Shown here piece after piece: positions 18,452-26,642 of a DNA stretch of 64,000 bases. A model generated the notes under the pieces. The model saw only the letters and a list, made by a program, of their open reading frames with translations, was not told where the DNA came from and ran no database searches. The stretch is from a virus. Position 1 is the first letter of the stretch; every line of letters begins with the position of its first letter. The DNA lies in the IMG/VR virus record IMGVR_UViG_3300044878_000204, positions 1,757-65,756 of that record; one strand, given 5' to 3'. The translations under genes were made by a program, and so were the position numbers.

Positions 18452-18718
18452 ATGCAGAAGTCAAGCAATTCAAATGCCCAACCACCAGCGATGATGACAT
18501 GCGCCGTGTTTGACTTCAAGCCTGCTGAACTGTCCGTCCCGTGCTCCATCAACGATGAATTGTGCGTAGTGCTGGAAGCCGACAACGTAACGTACATGGT
18601 TGGATTCGGCCACAGTGGCTATTCCTCCAACGTCCAGGTTGACGGCAAGATCCGTATGTCCGAACTGCTCGGTGTAATCCGTGGCGAGAAATTCTATAGT
18701 GTATGGAGTGAAAGTTAG
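18452..18718 (+). CDS. Hypothetical small protein
   Basis: ORF only. Confidence 0.4.
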   Translation: MQKSSNSNAQPPAMMTCAVFDFKPAELSVPCSINDELCVVLEADNVTYMVGFGHSGYSSNVQVDGKIRMSELLGVIRGEKFYSVWSES

Positions 18719-19071
18719 TGAAGAAGTTGATCGAGTATTTCAAGTTCAAGCGGTCTGGTGAGTGCGTGGCGTTCGGTCCTTATAAGCGCGTCGGCGAGCT
18801 TTGGACGGTCGGCTTCATGAGCGGCGTTCAGAACCGCTTGGTAATCGGTCGTTTGGAAATATCCGCCAATCGCTGGCCATGGCAAGGATACGGATGGGCG
18901 CCGCATAACCAGCCAAAGGGCGAGAAGGTTCTGTGCGCTCCGCTCAACGCGTCAGGCGCTCGCTTCGGTGGCGGCTGGAAGTTCAAATTGGGCGTGTCTG
19001 TTGGCGCAACCACAACCAACGTTGACCTGCTGTTTGGCAGCGTATCATTCTACTGGAAGAAAAAGAAATGA
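18718..19071 (+). CDS. Hypothetical protein (GTG start)
   Basis: ORF adjacent to the upstream stop. Confidence 0.4.
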   Translation: MKKLIEYFKFKRSGECVAFGPYKRVGELWTVGFMSGVQNRLVIGRLEISANRWPWQGYGWAPHNQPKGEKVLCAPLNASGARFGGGWKFKLGVSVGATTTNVDLLFGSVSFYWKKKK

Positions 19072-19310
19072 CTATCACAACTAAAGTAAGCCCAAACCCG
19101 GAAAACCTCACCGCCACCATCCGCGTCCGTTTGGTCGTTGAAGTGACGGTAGGCAATTGGGATGCGTCAAACACCTTCATGAACCTACGCGAGCAAGCGA
19201 CCCGCGAGGCCAAGCAACAGCTGGAGAGCGTCATCCAAAAGGCCTGCTCCAGCGTACGGATCATCAGCCAGAAGTCGATGCACGTGGCGTTGGTTGGAGA
19301 GGTGGAGTGA
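19068..19310 (+). CDS. Hypothetical small protein
   Basis: ATGA overlap with the previous gene. Confidence 0.45.
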   Translation: MTITTKVSPNPENLTATIRVRLVVEVTVGNWDASNTFMNLREQATREAKQQLESVIQKACSSVRIISQKSMHVALVGEVE

Positions 19311-19318
19311 TTACCGCA

Positions 19319-19702
19319 ATGATGCCAGAACCGCCAGTAATCAACAAGCCTCACCGTAAGTGCTCGCGCGACGGCTGCAACAACTTCGCATCCCAATCAA
19401 ATGGTGGCGCGGTATGGGCCAAGCTTTGCCACCTGCACAACGCAGACCGTCGTGCGCGCCAACAACGAACCGCCTGCCAGCCGAACTGCCGCTGTGGCAA
19501 TAAGGCGCCGATGGACTCAGACAAGTGCAGGGCGTGCCAAGAACGTGACGATAAGTACAACCAGTCACAGTCCATCAACCGCAAGTTCAACAAGTGCATC
19601 GCCCGTCTTCGCGAGTTGTCCCGTGAGACGGAAGGCAGCGACATTGGAGCGGAGCTGGAAGGCATCGTTGACGAACTTGAATATGTGCAGGCGGTGATCT
19701 GA
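19319..19702 (+). CDS. Cys-rich putative zinc-binding protein
   Basis: Multiple CxxC/CxC pairs (CSRDGC, CQPNCRC, CRAC); start MMPEPP. Confidence 0.5.
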   Translation: MMPEPPVINKPHRKCSRDGCNNFASQSNGGAVWAKLCHLHNADRRARQQRTACQPNCRCGNKAPMDSDKCRACQERDDKYNQSQSINRKFNKCIARLRELSRETEGSDIGAELEGIVDELEYVQAVI

Positions 19703-19980
19703 TGACTTACTTCGTTAAAGACGGCGACAAGGTGGAATGGTTCATCGAGCCCAAGCCGGATCGCTGGGCGGGACAGTATCTGGTCTGCGAACTTATCCTG
19801 GCACCTGCGTTCGAACGAGTCAACACTATCAAAGAACGCGTCTTCATTCCGTTTGGTTCGATTGGCGACGTGGAAGTCATCGCGCTTGCAGCCGCGCAAC
19901 TCATTATGCGGATGGGCTTGCCTGCCACGCGATTTCAGCATACTCTACGCGTACTTACCTTTGGAGTACCGACGACATGA
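19702..19980 (+). CDS. Hypothetical protein
   Basis: ATGA coupling. Confidence 0.45.
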   Translation: MTYFVKDGDKVEWFIEPKPDRWAGQYLVCELILAPAFERVNTIKERVFIPFGSIGDVEVIALAAAQLIMRMGLPATRFQHTLRVLTFGVPTT

Positions 19981-20315
19981 AATCAACACTGAAGTATTAC
20001 GACGTCAAGATGACTGGGACGGTCTACGGCAACAAAGACCGATGGGTCATCTGCGCAGTCGATCAACACGGCGTTTGGCGCGGCCCAACCGGCTCGTACA
20101 TCAACCCGCCTGACCCTGCAAATATTGGCGAAGAGTTGGATCTTGGCGACTTCGGCGCTGGTGTTCGTTCTGCGCCTAAAGAGTGGACGTTCAAGCGGGC
20201 GTTCGTCGTGGCGTTTGGCGGGTTGACCGGGTTGCTCGTGGCCTGGAACGTCACCTCCATCGTCGTCGGCCTTGTCATCATGGGCGCTGAAGCCTATCTA
20301 GGGATTCCTGCATGA
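19978..20315 (+). CDS. Small protein with a C-terminal transmembrane helix
   Basis: C-terminus FVVAFGGLTGLLVAWNVTSIVVGLVIMGA. Confidence 0.45.
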
Positions 20316-20710
20316 AAGATCACGAAGCGATACTCAAGCACGCGCTGCACATGTCTGGCGAAACCGGGCGCAACGTCGAAATCAGTCGAACCACGGCCAT
20401 CGAACTTCTGGAGGCGATGAAGGGCAATTTCACGCCGAACGCGAATGGCGAGGCCTTGAAAGAGCACCAAATCAAGTTGATCGCTATGGTCAAGGCGGCG
20501 GCCAACGAGTTAATCCGTCTGTCGCACGAAATCGAAGACCTGAACCTGTCTGACGGCGAGCGTCTGCGCCGAAGAGTCCTGCCACCAGCAACGCACGCTG
20601 ACTGGCAACCTATCCACGAGTCCGACCGTTGGGCTGAGTCGGGCCGACGTAGTGTTACGGTGGCTTCGATGGAGCTTATCCGTGCCATCGCCAGGCCGGT
20701 GGGAGCGTAG
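20312..20710 (+). CDS. Hypothetical protein
   Basis: ORF with 4-nt overlap. Confidence 0.45.
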   Translation: MKDHEAILKHALHMSGETGRNVEISRTTAIELLEAMKGNFTPNANGEALKEHQIKLIAMVKAAANELIRLSHEIEDLNLSDGERLRRRVLPPATHADWQPIHESDRWAESGRRSVTVASMELIRAIARPVGA

Positions 20711-20712
20711 TT

Positions 20713-20904
20713 GTGGAGAAGCGTATTATATCAGTAGGCTTTGAGGTTGAATTCGTCCCGGTCCCGGCAGAGGCTTTTCGGTCACTCGATGACTACTTGG
20801 TCGAAAAGCATGCCAATCAAGCGGCGTCCAGCGACCCATACCACCCAACCCGTCGCAGCAAGGGTGATAAGCACCGGAATAAGTCGCGGAGACACCTCAA
20901 ATGA
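20713..20904 (+). CDS. Hypothetical small protein (GTG start)
   Basis: ORF only. Confidence 0.35.
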   Translation: MEKRIISVGFEVEFVPVPAEAFRSLDDYLVEKHANQAASSDPYHPTRRSKGDKHRNKSRRHLK

Positions 20905-21821
20905 TTATCAACTTTGACTGTCATAGTTGCAACCGTAATAAGCATGAAGACATCAAGGAATTCCAAACGCGCAACCCAGACTACAAAGTGACCTCTTACA
21001 AGTCAATCTGCTTTTATTGCCACAACCGGCAAGAAGCCATCAAACAGCTGGAAGCCTCACGACCGCCTATGCGGACGTTGACTGGACTACGCGCCCAACG
21101 TGGCGGCAAATCCTGGCTTGGTCGCTGGGCGGCAGCGGCTGAATCAATCATCGGTACCTACGCAAAGAGCATGTCCAAGTCGGCTAACGACGCGCCGGTA
21201 ATTGATCACGATGGATTGCCGCGCTGTAATTCGAACACGCCGATGCCTGAAGTAAAGGTTCCACGAACTATTGTGCGTGTATCGATGAAGCCTGATATTA
21301 ATTGGGTCACTTGCCCTTTCAACATCAAGGACTTTGATGAACCTATCAACTACGGCGCGAGCGTTGCTGAAGACCTCCCGATCAGAACAAAGTCGCACGC
21401 CGAGATGCTTGATGATCTCAGAGCGATAAATGACCGACTCGCATCTGAGCCTCGTAGTTTCTCAGGCCTGACCGACCCGAACATTGGCAAGTTTGGAGCA
21501 GGCTTCAAGCCAACGTTTGTGGTGGATGATTCTCTTTGCGACAGCAGGCATCACGACCGGATCAACGGTATGCGCTCGCGCATGAGTGAAGAATATCACC
21601 GACGTCAGGCTGAGCACGCCTTTAACCGTGCGCGTGATTACCATTGCGGCCACTCCCACGGTTGCAAGTGTCCCGGCTGCGAATGGAAGGAAAGGGTTGT
21701 TGTCGAGCGGACATTGGGCCTGGCAAAGGTTGTTGCCGATAATATGGGCGTTGCGTTCACCGAAGCGAGCTGGGAGTTGCTTGTTGGCCGCGTAAAGGAT
21801 TCGATGGGGTTGAAGGTCTGA
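20901..21821 (+). CDS. Cys/His-rich protein (306 aa), possible zinc-ribbon domains
   Basis: CHSCNRNKH...CFYCHNRQ at the N-terminus and HCGHSHGCKCPGCEW at the C-terminus. Confidence 0.5.
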   Translation: MIINFDCHSCNRNKHEDIKEFQTRNPDYKVTSYKSICFYCHNRQEAIKQLEASRPPMRTLTGLRAQRGGKSWLGRWAAAAESIIGTYAKSMSKSANDAPVIDHDGLPRCNSNTPMPEVKVPRTIVRVSMKPDINWVTCPFNIKDFDEPINYGASVAEDLPIRTKSHAEMLDDLRAINDRLASEPRSFSGLTDPNIGKFGAGFKPTFVVDDSLCDSRHHDRINGMRSRMSEEYHRRQAEHAFNRARDYHCGHSHGCKCPGCEWKERVVVERTLGLAKVVADNMGVAFTEASWELLVGRVKDSMGLKV

Positions 21822-21860
21822 TTATGACAACTAAGCGGATTAAGCGTTGGATAAAGGCAC

Positions 21861-22205
21861 TTGGGCGAAGTTATGAGAGAGCAAGTTGTAATACCGGCAA
21901 AAGTAACACTAAAGAAGTTGGTCACGATGTTGGTGAAGCTTGAAGTAACGACGGTTGTGCATCGCGGTGGTTATTTGGATCTTGGGCCGCTGGTGAGGCT
22001 CAAGATGAATCGCCCTCTGTTCAAACCTGATAAGTCGTCCATTGCCGGTTATTTCAATGGCAAGTCTCTGGACCATAAAGAGGCGACTGTGCACATAACC
22101 GGCTGGTTCGGTAAGCGTCATGTTCGGTTTGAGAAGCGAATTCGACGCGGAGAAGAGTCTGCAGTTGCGTTCGATGACGGCGTGCGGTTGGCCAGAGGGC
22201 TCTGA
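21861..22205 (+). CDS. Hypothetical protein
   Basis: Last gene before the 870-bp non-coding region. Confidence 0.45.
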   Translation: MGEVMREQVVIPAKVTLKKLVTMLVKLEVTTVVHRGGYLDLGPLVRLKMNRPLFKPDKSSIAGYFNGKSLDHKEATVHITGWFGKRHVRFEKRIRRGEESAVAFDDGVRLARGL

Positions 22206-22620
22206 TAGTGATCGAATAACGGTGGTTTATGGTGTTTGGTTGTGGCCGCTTGCTTCTTGGGCGGCTTTCTTTTGTCCATTGGTTGTTGGTGGAGTGGAGT
22301 GGTTGAATCGGAATGGCTTGAGGTCTGAGGTTGGTCGGACATTGAACGAACATCGATGGTGGCATTTCGGCCGCGAAACGGCGTTTTCGACCTTACCGGC
22401 AGGCGGGAAAGCCGCTGGCGCATTTCTCAACGGGAAGGTAGTCAAGGCCGCGCCGATGTGGGATATAGACATCACCTTACCGGGAAGTGCGGGACGAACT
22501 TAAATTCACGCAAGGCCCTAGGGAAAGACGATATATTTAGCGTACTAACTAATTGTGTGCTAAGTACAGATTACCTATATTCTAAATGACAATTAATATA
22601 TTTCTTCCGGTAAAGTAGAG

Positions 22621-23075
22621 TAGTCAGACATTCCCAACCTGCGGCCCGACTCGCTCTAACACTAACCACCAATCACCCTCCCGCCAGCCACACAGGAATT
22701 TTCGCTGACGAAAAGGTTTCGATGCCTCCCGCCAAACCTGCGGCCCGCCACACTCCGCGCCGATTCTGCGGCCATCAGTCCCGGTAAGTTCTCCCGGTAA
22801 GTCGTCACAAACACCTCCATCGTCCACTCAGACGACACCGAACACCAAACCGGCGCGGCAATCACGACCAACAAACAGCGCCAGCACAAGATCCTCAAAC
22901 CATCGCCTAAGCCACACAAACACCACCTGACACCCAATCGTGATCCAACCCATACAAGCGCCCACGTCGCATCCAATCGCCCAATAGACGCCACCTCATC
23001 AACTCGGCTATACTCGCGCCATCGAGCAAGCAGCAACACCGGCTGCCACCAAACATCTAACGAGACACTACAACC
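22621..23075 (+). other. G-depleted C/A-rich non-coding tract (~455 bp) forming the 5' leader region of gene 23076
   Basis: Plus strand almost devoid of G, with many ACA/AAC/CAC repeats and a CCTGCGGCCCG repeat at 22639 and 22738; no credible ORF. Confidence 0.7.
22781..22809 (+). promoter_or_regulatory. Tandem CCCGGTAAGT elements
   Basis: CCCGGTAAGTTCTCCCGGTAAGTCGTCAC; further copies at 22606-22620 (TTCCGGTAAAGTAGA) and, inverted, at 22478-22488. Confidence 0.6.
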
Positions 23076-23591
23076 ATGAGCAACGAATTCGAAGACAAGG
23101 AACTGCTAGCCACTCCACGCGACTTTGCGTCAGAGCAATTCGCCCTCAACAACCTCAGCATATATGAGCGCTACATGGACATGCGCGTTCAAGGCCATCC
23201 AAGCGGTCGAGTCTTTCGCATCCTCTTTGGCGAGGCGTACGTTGGCGACAACTTGATGCAGGCTCGCATCTATGCTTTGGAGAACAACCCATATTATCGC
23301 CGAGAGTTCCCGCGCAAACTGGAAGCAATCAAAATCCAGGATCTTTGGAACCCGAAAGTTGCCGTGCATGAACTTATCAGTTTGGTGCGTGACCCATACG
23401 CCAAGGAGTCGGCGCGGCTGTCTGCGATGAAAGAGCTGAACGTCATCACCAAGATCGTCATCATCGACGAATCTGGCCAGAGCAAACCTGGGCGCACGCT
23501 GGATGATTTCTACGCCAAGGAGGGGTTGCCAACGCCTGAAAGCGCGGAACCGGCGGAGATTACGCACTCGGCACCACCAACAACCCACTAA
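23076..23591 (+). CDS. Hypothetical protein, isolated rightward gene
   Basis: 171 aa; preceded by the CA-rich tract and followed by a hairpin plus terminator. Confidence 0.5.
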   Translation: MSNEFEDKELLATPRDFASEQFALNNLSIYERYMDMRVQGHPSGRVFRILFGEAYVGDNLMQARIYALENNPYYRREFPRKLEAIKIQDLWNPKVAVHELISLVRDPYAKESARLSAMKELNVITKIVIIDESGQSKPGRTLDDFYAKEGLPTPESAEPAEITHSAPPTTH

Positions 23592-23710
23592 TAACATCGG
23601 GATCGATAGCAAGGTTGGGCGATTGGGTAGCGAGTTGGGAAAGGATAAGGGCAGGAGGGGAACGAACCCTCCTGCGATGTTACGAGAGAACCCAGAAAGG
23701 AAGCGTTGCG

Positions 23711-23753
23711 AAGGCCGGTTCATGCTAACTCAGATGGATCGGCCTTTTTGTTG
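23711..23753 (+). terminator. Terminator-like structure after the isolated gene 23076-23591
   Basis: AAGGCCG...CGGCCTTTTTGTTG with a long loop; preceded by a GC hairpin CAGGAGGG-gaacgaa-CCCTCCTG at 23651-23675. Confidence 0.55.
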
Positions 23754-23761
23754 CTCGGTAC

Positions 23762-23830
23762 TTAGTCAAGCATGAAAAGCAAGGCGCCGCATATCAAGTA
23801 GATGATACCAAACGCTATTATCCAGTCCAT
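23762..23830 (-). CDS. Putative 22-aa hydrophobic peptide
   Basis: MDWIIAFGIIYLICGALLFMLD; start overlaps the stop of the upstream peptide (TGATG). Confidence 0.3.
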   Translation of the reverse strand: MDWIIAFGIIYLICGALLFMLD

Positions 23831-23840
23831 CACACCATCC

Positions 23841-23951
23841 TCGCCGTATCAAGCAGGTCAGCAAGGATCAACAACGTCACAACTAAGGCCAACACCGCTA
23901 CTGCAACTATCGGCGCAACTAACAGCACGAACTTCAGGAACTTAGGCATAA
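23841..23951 (-). CDS. Putative 36-aa hydrophobic membrane peptide
   Basis: MPKFLKFVLLVAPIVAVAVLALVVTLLILADLLDTARMV; a single transmembrane helix. Confidence 0.35.
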
Positions 23952-23998
23952 CTCACCTCAGTTGGAGCGCCTAACTAAGCACGCTCCGTTAGTTGAAC

Positions 23999-24655
23999 TT
24001 ACTCGGCAGGAGCCGCGTCGAGAACGAAGAGGTACGACTGGCCGTTGTGTTCGAAGATGGCACGGCCTTCTTTCTTCACCAGCATACGGAAGCGGATGTG
24101 CTTGGCATCAGGCAGCTTCAGCTCGGCGAAGGCGGTACGGACCGACTTGAACTCTGCAGACTTGCCGTTCACGGTTACGGTCACGCCGTTGCGGGTCATG
24201 CGCTTTGCAGCAACTTCCGGATCAACCCAGGATGCAGCGATGGCAGCGGACAGGCTCAGACCGGTCTTCGACGACTTGGCGGTGGACTTGGCAGCGCTGG
24301 CTTCGCGCATCAGGCGCAACTCTTCCAACGCTTGCGCTTCGGTGATCTTCTCTTCAGGAATGTCGGCGTTCGGTGAGACGAACTGCGCTACGACTTCGCG
24401 AGGCTTACGGGTCTTGTGGACCTTGGCAGCAGGCTCTTTAGGCTCGACGATGGCAGTTGCGTCTTCTACGTCACCCCCTTGAGTGGCGATGATCGCCAGC
24501 GACTCCAGCAGGGCCTTCACACGGCGCTCGGCGGTCTTGCGGTCAGCGAACTTGGCGACCGGGGCATCAACGTTGTGGGCGTTGTAGAAGGCTACCAGTT
24601 CTTTGGTAGTTACTTCGTTGATGTTTTCGAGGGTTACGATGTTGGAAGTGGTCAT
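23999..24655 (-). CDS. Early protein, paralogue A (paralogous to 30411-30860)
   Basis: Shares TKELVAFYN...NGKSAEFKSVRTAFAELKLP...HIRFR with the 30411 ORF; consensus sigma70 promoter immediately upstream. Confidence 0.6.
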   Translation of the reverse strand: MTTSNIVTLENINEVTTKELVAFYNAHNVDAPVAKFADRKTAERRVKALLESLAIIATQGGDVEDATAIVEPKEPAAKVHKTRKPREVVAQFVSPNADIPEEKITEAQALEELRLMREASAAKSTAKSSKTGLSLSAAIAASWVDPEVAAKRMTRNGVTVTVNGKSAEFKSVRTAFAELKLPDAKHIRFRMLVKKEGRAIFEHNGQSYLFVLDAAPAE

Positions 24656-24702
24656 GGTTGTCGCTCCGTTCTAGGCTTTCTGGGGTTAGGTGTTTCTTCT
24701 CT

Positions 24703-24730
24703 CTTGACGCCCATTATACTCTGTTCGTTC
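24703..24730 (-). promoter_or_regulatory. Consensus sigma70-type early promoter (TTGACG-16-TATAAT) with an overlapping 10-bp palindrome
   Basis: Minus-strand TTGACGcccagaacgaacagagTATAAT; palindrome TTGACGCCCA/TGGGCGTCAA spans 24694-24730. Confidence 0.75.
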
Positions 24731-24764
24731 TGGGCGTCAACATCTTTCTTCATCTATTTACGAT

Positions 24765-25004
24765 TTATTTTGCGGACTTCTTGGATACACGACCGATCTT
24801 AGCAAAGAAGCAGCCAGGGCGCCAAACGTGCGGGTTTTGCTGATCCAACGGCAGAGCGTCGTTATCCAGGATGGCCTTCATCATCTCAGGAGCGTCCTTG
24901 GCCAGGTCCATTTCGACGCCACGAACGCGCTTGCCTTCGATCCCGGTAACGGTGAAGCCTTCGATGATTTCGCCGGTCTTTGGTACGTGGTTAAGAGTGA
25001 TCAT
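24765..25004 (-). CDS. Hypothetical early protein
   Basis: Early promoter plus AGGAAG RBS upstream. Confidence 0.5.
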   Translation of the reverse strand: MITLNHVPKTGEIIEGFTVTGIEGKRVRGVEMDLAKDAPEMMKAILDNDALPLDQQNPHVWRPGCFFAKIGRVSKKSAK

Positions 25005-25043
25005 TTTCGTACTTCCTATTGGTTGTTCGTTTCGATGAGTTGA

Positions 25044-25072
25044 TTATGAATCAAACGAACAACCACGGCAAC
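25044..25072 (-). promoter_or_regulatory. Early promoter TTGCCG-17-CATAAT plus conserved leader
   Basis: Minus-strand TTGCCGtggttgttcgtttgattCATAATcaaCTCATCGAAACG; inverted repeat GGTTGTTCGTTT/AAACGAACAACC. Confidence 0.65.
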
Positions 25073-25074
25073 AT

Positions 25075-25563
25075 TTATTTCACATCTGATTGAATATTTA
25101 TTTCTGGCGGCACCAACCCAGAGAATAGCGCCTGGGCGTCTTCGAACACTTGACAGGCGTCGGCAGCCGTCTCGGCCCGCGTGAAACGCTCATCGTACAG
25201 GTGGTTGTAGTCGGAGCCGACCTGGTAGCAAGTCACCTCACCTTTCTCGTTGCGATGCCGGCGCAGGTAGCTAGGCCCGTGATGGAAGTGTAGATCTTGG
25301 CAGACATCCTGGCTGAAGCTGTCGGAGTCGTTGAACTCAGCAAACAGGCGGTGCTTTGGGAAGATGTACGCATACACGCACCAGCGCCAGCCACCGTCAT
25401 CGCTGCGCAGGCCATGCTCGGCGAAAGCCGCTTGAGTAGCCGAGACGTTGCGGAAGTGCTGTGACACCTCAACTATGAAGTTGTCGCCTTCCCGTTTCCA
25501 GAGTCTCTTTGGAGTATACTGCGCCAACATTTCTTCGATAGTCATAGAACACCTCATGCTCAA
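25075..25563 (-). CDS. Hypothetical early protein
   Basis: ORF in the coupled early operon. Confidence 0.5.
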   Translation of the reverse strand: MSMRCSMTIEEMLAQYTPKRLWKREGDNFIVEVSQHFRNVSATQAAFAEHGLRSDDGGWRWCVYAYIFPKHRLFAEFNDSDSFSQDVCQDLHFHHGPSYLRRHRNEKGEVTCYQVGSDYNHLYDERFTRAETAADACQVFEDAQALFSGLVPPEINIQSDVK

Positions 25564-25994
25564 ATTAATTTGAGAAGCGAATCACGCACCTTTATAGCTT
25601 TGAAATAGTCGTTGCACACGAACCAACGAATGTTAGCCTTTATCTCATCCTCAGACAAGTTCAGACCGTGAGAGTACCACACTCCGCCAACGGTGAGGCC
25701 AAGGTTCAACCCTTCCTCGATATGGTACACGGTAGTTCCGCGAGCCTTCACCAGGTCGTACATCGACGTGAAGATTTGCTTAGCAAGCGCATCACCGTTC
25801 GGCAGAGACGTCCCGGTAATCAACTCAGTAGGCGTAGCACCCAGCGCGGCCTGAGCACGGGCCACAATCGAGTCGCATCCGGTCGCTTGATGGAGAGGTA
25901 GCATGACGTTAATCAAGCCCTTCAGCTCTTCAATCTTCGCCTCCAACTTGCGCACGTGGTTGCGGGTCAACTCAACATTCTTGTTCATGATCAA
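25560..25994 (-). CDS. Hypothetical early protein
   Basis: 4-nt overlap coupling. Confidence 0.5.
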   Translation of the reverse strand: MIMNKNVELTRNHVRKLEAKIEELKGLINVMLPLHQATGCDSIVARAQAALGATPTELITGTSLPNGDALAKQIFTSMYDLVKARGTTVYHIEEGLNLGLTVGGVWYSHGLNLSEDEIKANIRWFVCNDYFKAIKVRDSLLKLI

Positions 25995-26215
25995 AGTGCC
26001 TCATCTTCAATAATTTGGAGGAACATCTCAACAGCACGCGCCTTGTTGCCGAACGTGCCTTGGGCGAACCCGTTGCGCGATACGACCAAGATGCCGGATG
26101 GAATGAGTTCGAAAAGCTGGACCAGAATCGGACGGGCGCGGCCTTCAACGAACACGCCGACTTCACCGATGATCTTCGCTTTCTCACCTTTGATTTCTAC
26201 GATATCGCCTTTCAT
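25991..26215 (-). CDS. Hypothetical early protein
   Basis: Early promoter at 26244-26272 upstream. Confidence 0.5.
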   Translation of the reverse strand: MKGDIVEIKGEKAKIIGEVGVFVEGRARPILVQLFELIPSGILVVSRNGFAQGTFGNKARAVEMFLQIIEDEAL

Positions 26216-26243
26216 GTTTGGTGCTCCGTATGGTTCAGCGTTT

Positions 26244-26272
26244 CGATGTATGGATTATGACGCACCTTCAAA
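26244..26272 (-). promoter_or_regulatory. Early promoter TTGACG-17-CATAAT plus conserved leader
   Basis: Minus-strand tgaaataagtgTTGACGcatctttgaaggtgcgtCATAATccataCATCGAAACG; palindrome GACGCA..TGCGTC. Confidence 0.7.
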
Positions 26273-26294
26273 GATGCGTCAACACTTATTTCAA

Positions 26295-26603
26295 TCAGAA
26301 ACCAAACTTTTTGAGCCACTTGGCTTGCTCTTCTTCGCGCTTCATTTCGGCCAACTCTTCGGGAGTGGCTACGCTTTTGAAGAGTTTGGTAACAGCCGCA
26401 CCGGTCGAACGTTTGCCGTCGATCTTCCAGGTCATTTTTACGTGACCAATGGTAGTCTCGAAAGCGTTTGAGCTGCACACTGGCACGCAAGTCACGACAT
26501 GGCCCGCTACAGTCTCGCTGAACTCTTCCACTTTCAGGTTGCGGTCGTTGATGAACGCTTGGGCAGAGGCTTTGGCTTGTTCGGTCATGGTGATCATGCT
26601 CAT
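26295..26603 (-). CDS. Hypothetical early protein
   Basis: Early promoter at 26643-26671 upstream. Confidence 0.5.
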   Translation of the reverse strand: MSMITMTEQAKASAQAFINDRNLKVEEFSETVAGHVVTCVPVCSSNAFETTIGHVKMTWKIDGKRSTGAAVTKLFKSVATPEELAEMKREEEQAKWLKKFGF

Positions 26604-26642
26604 CGTCGTATCTCCAGTTGAACATTTCGTTTCGATGAGCCG

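Noticed and set aside
22662-23039. Minus-strand 125-aa ORF across the CA-rich tract, and plus-strand ORF 22120-22503
   Set aside because: The Trp/Arg/Gly-rich composition is a direct consequence of the G-poor or C-poor strands, and there is no RBS. The plus-strand ORF starts inside the upstream gene and has no ATG after 22205; a GTG-initiated small membrane protein cannot be excluded, but it is unsupported.
23640-23700. tRNA-like appearance of the GGAGGGGAACGAACCCTCC hairpin
   Set aside because: The loop does not fit the T-loop consensus, and no acceptor, D or anticodon arms can be drawn. It is treated as a plain GC hairpin.
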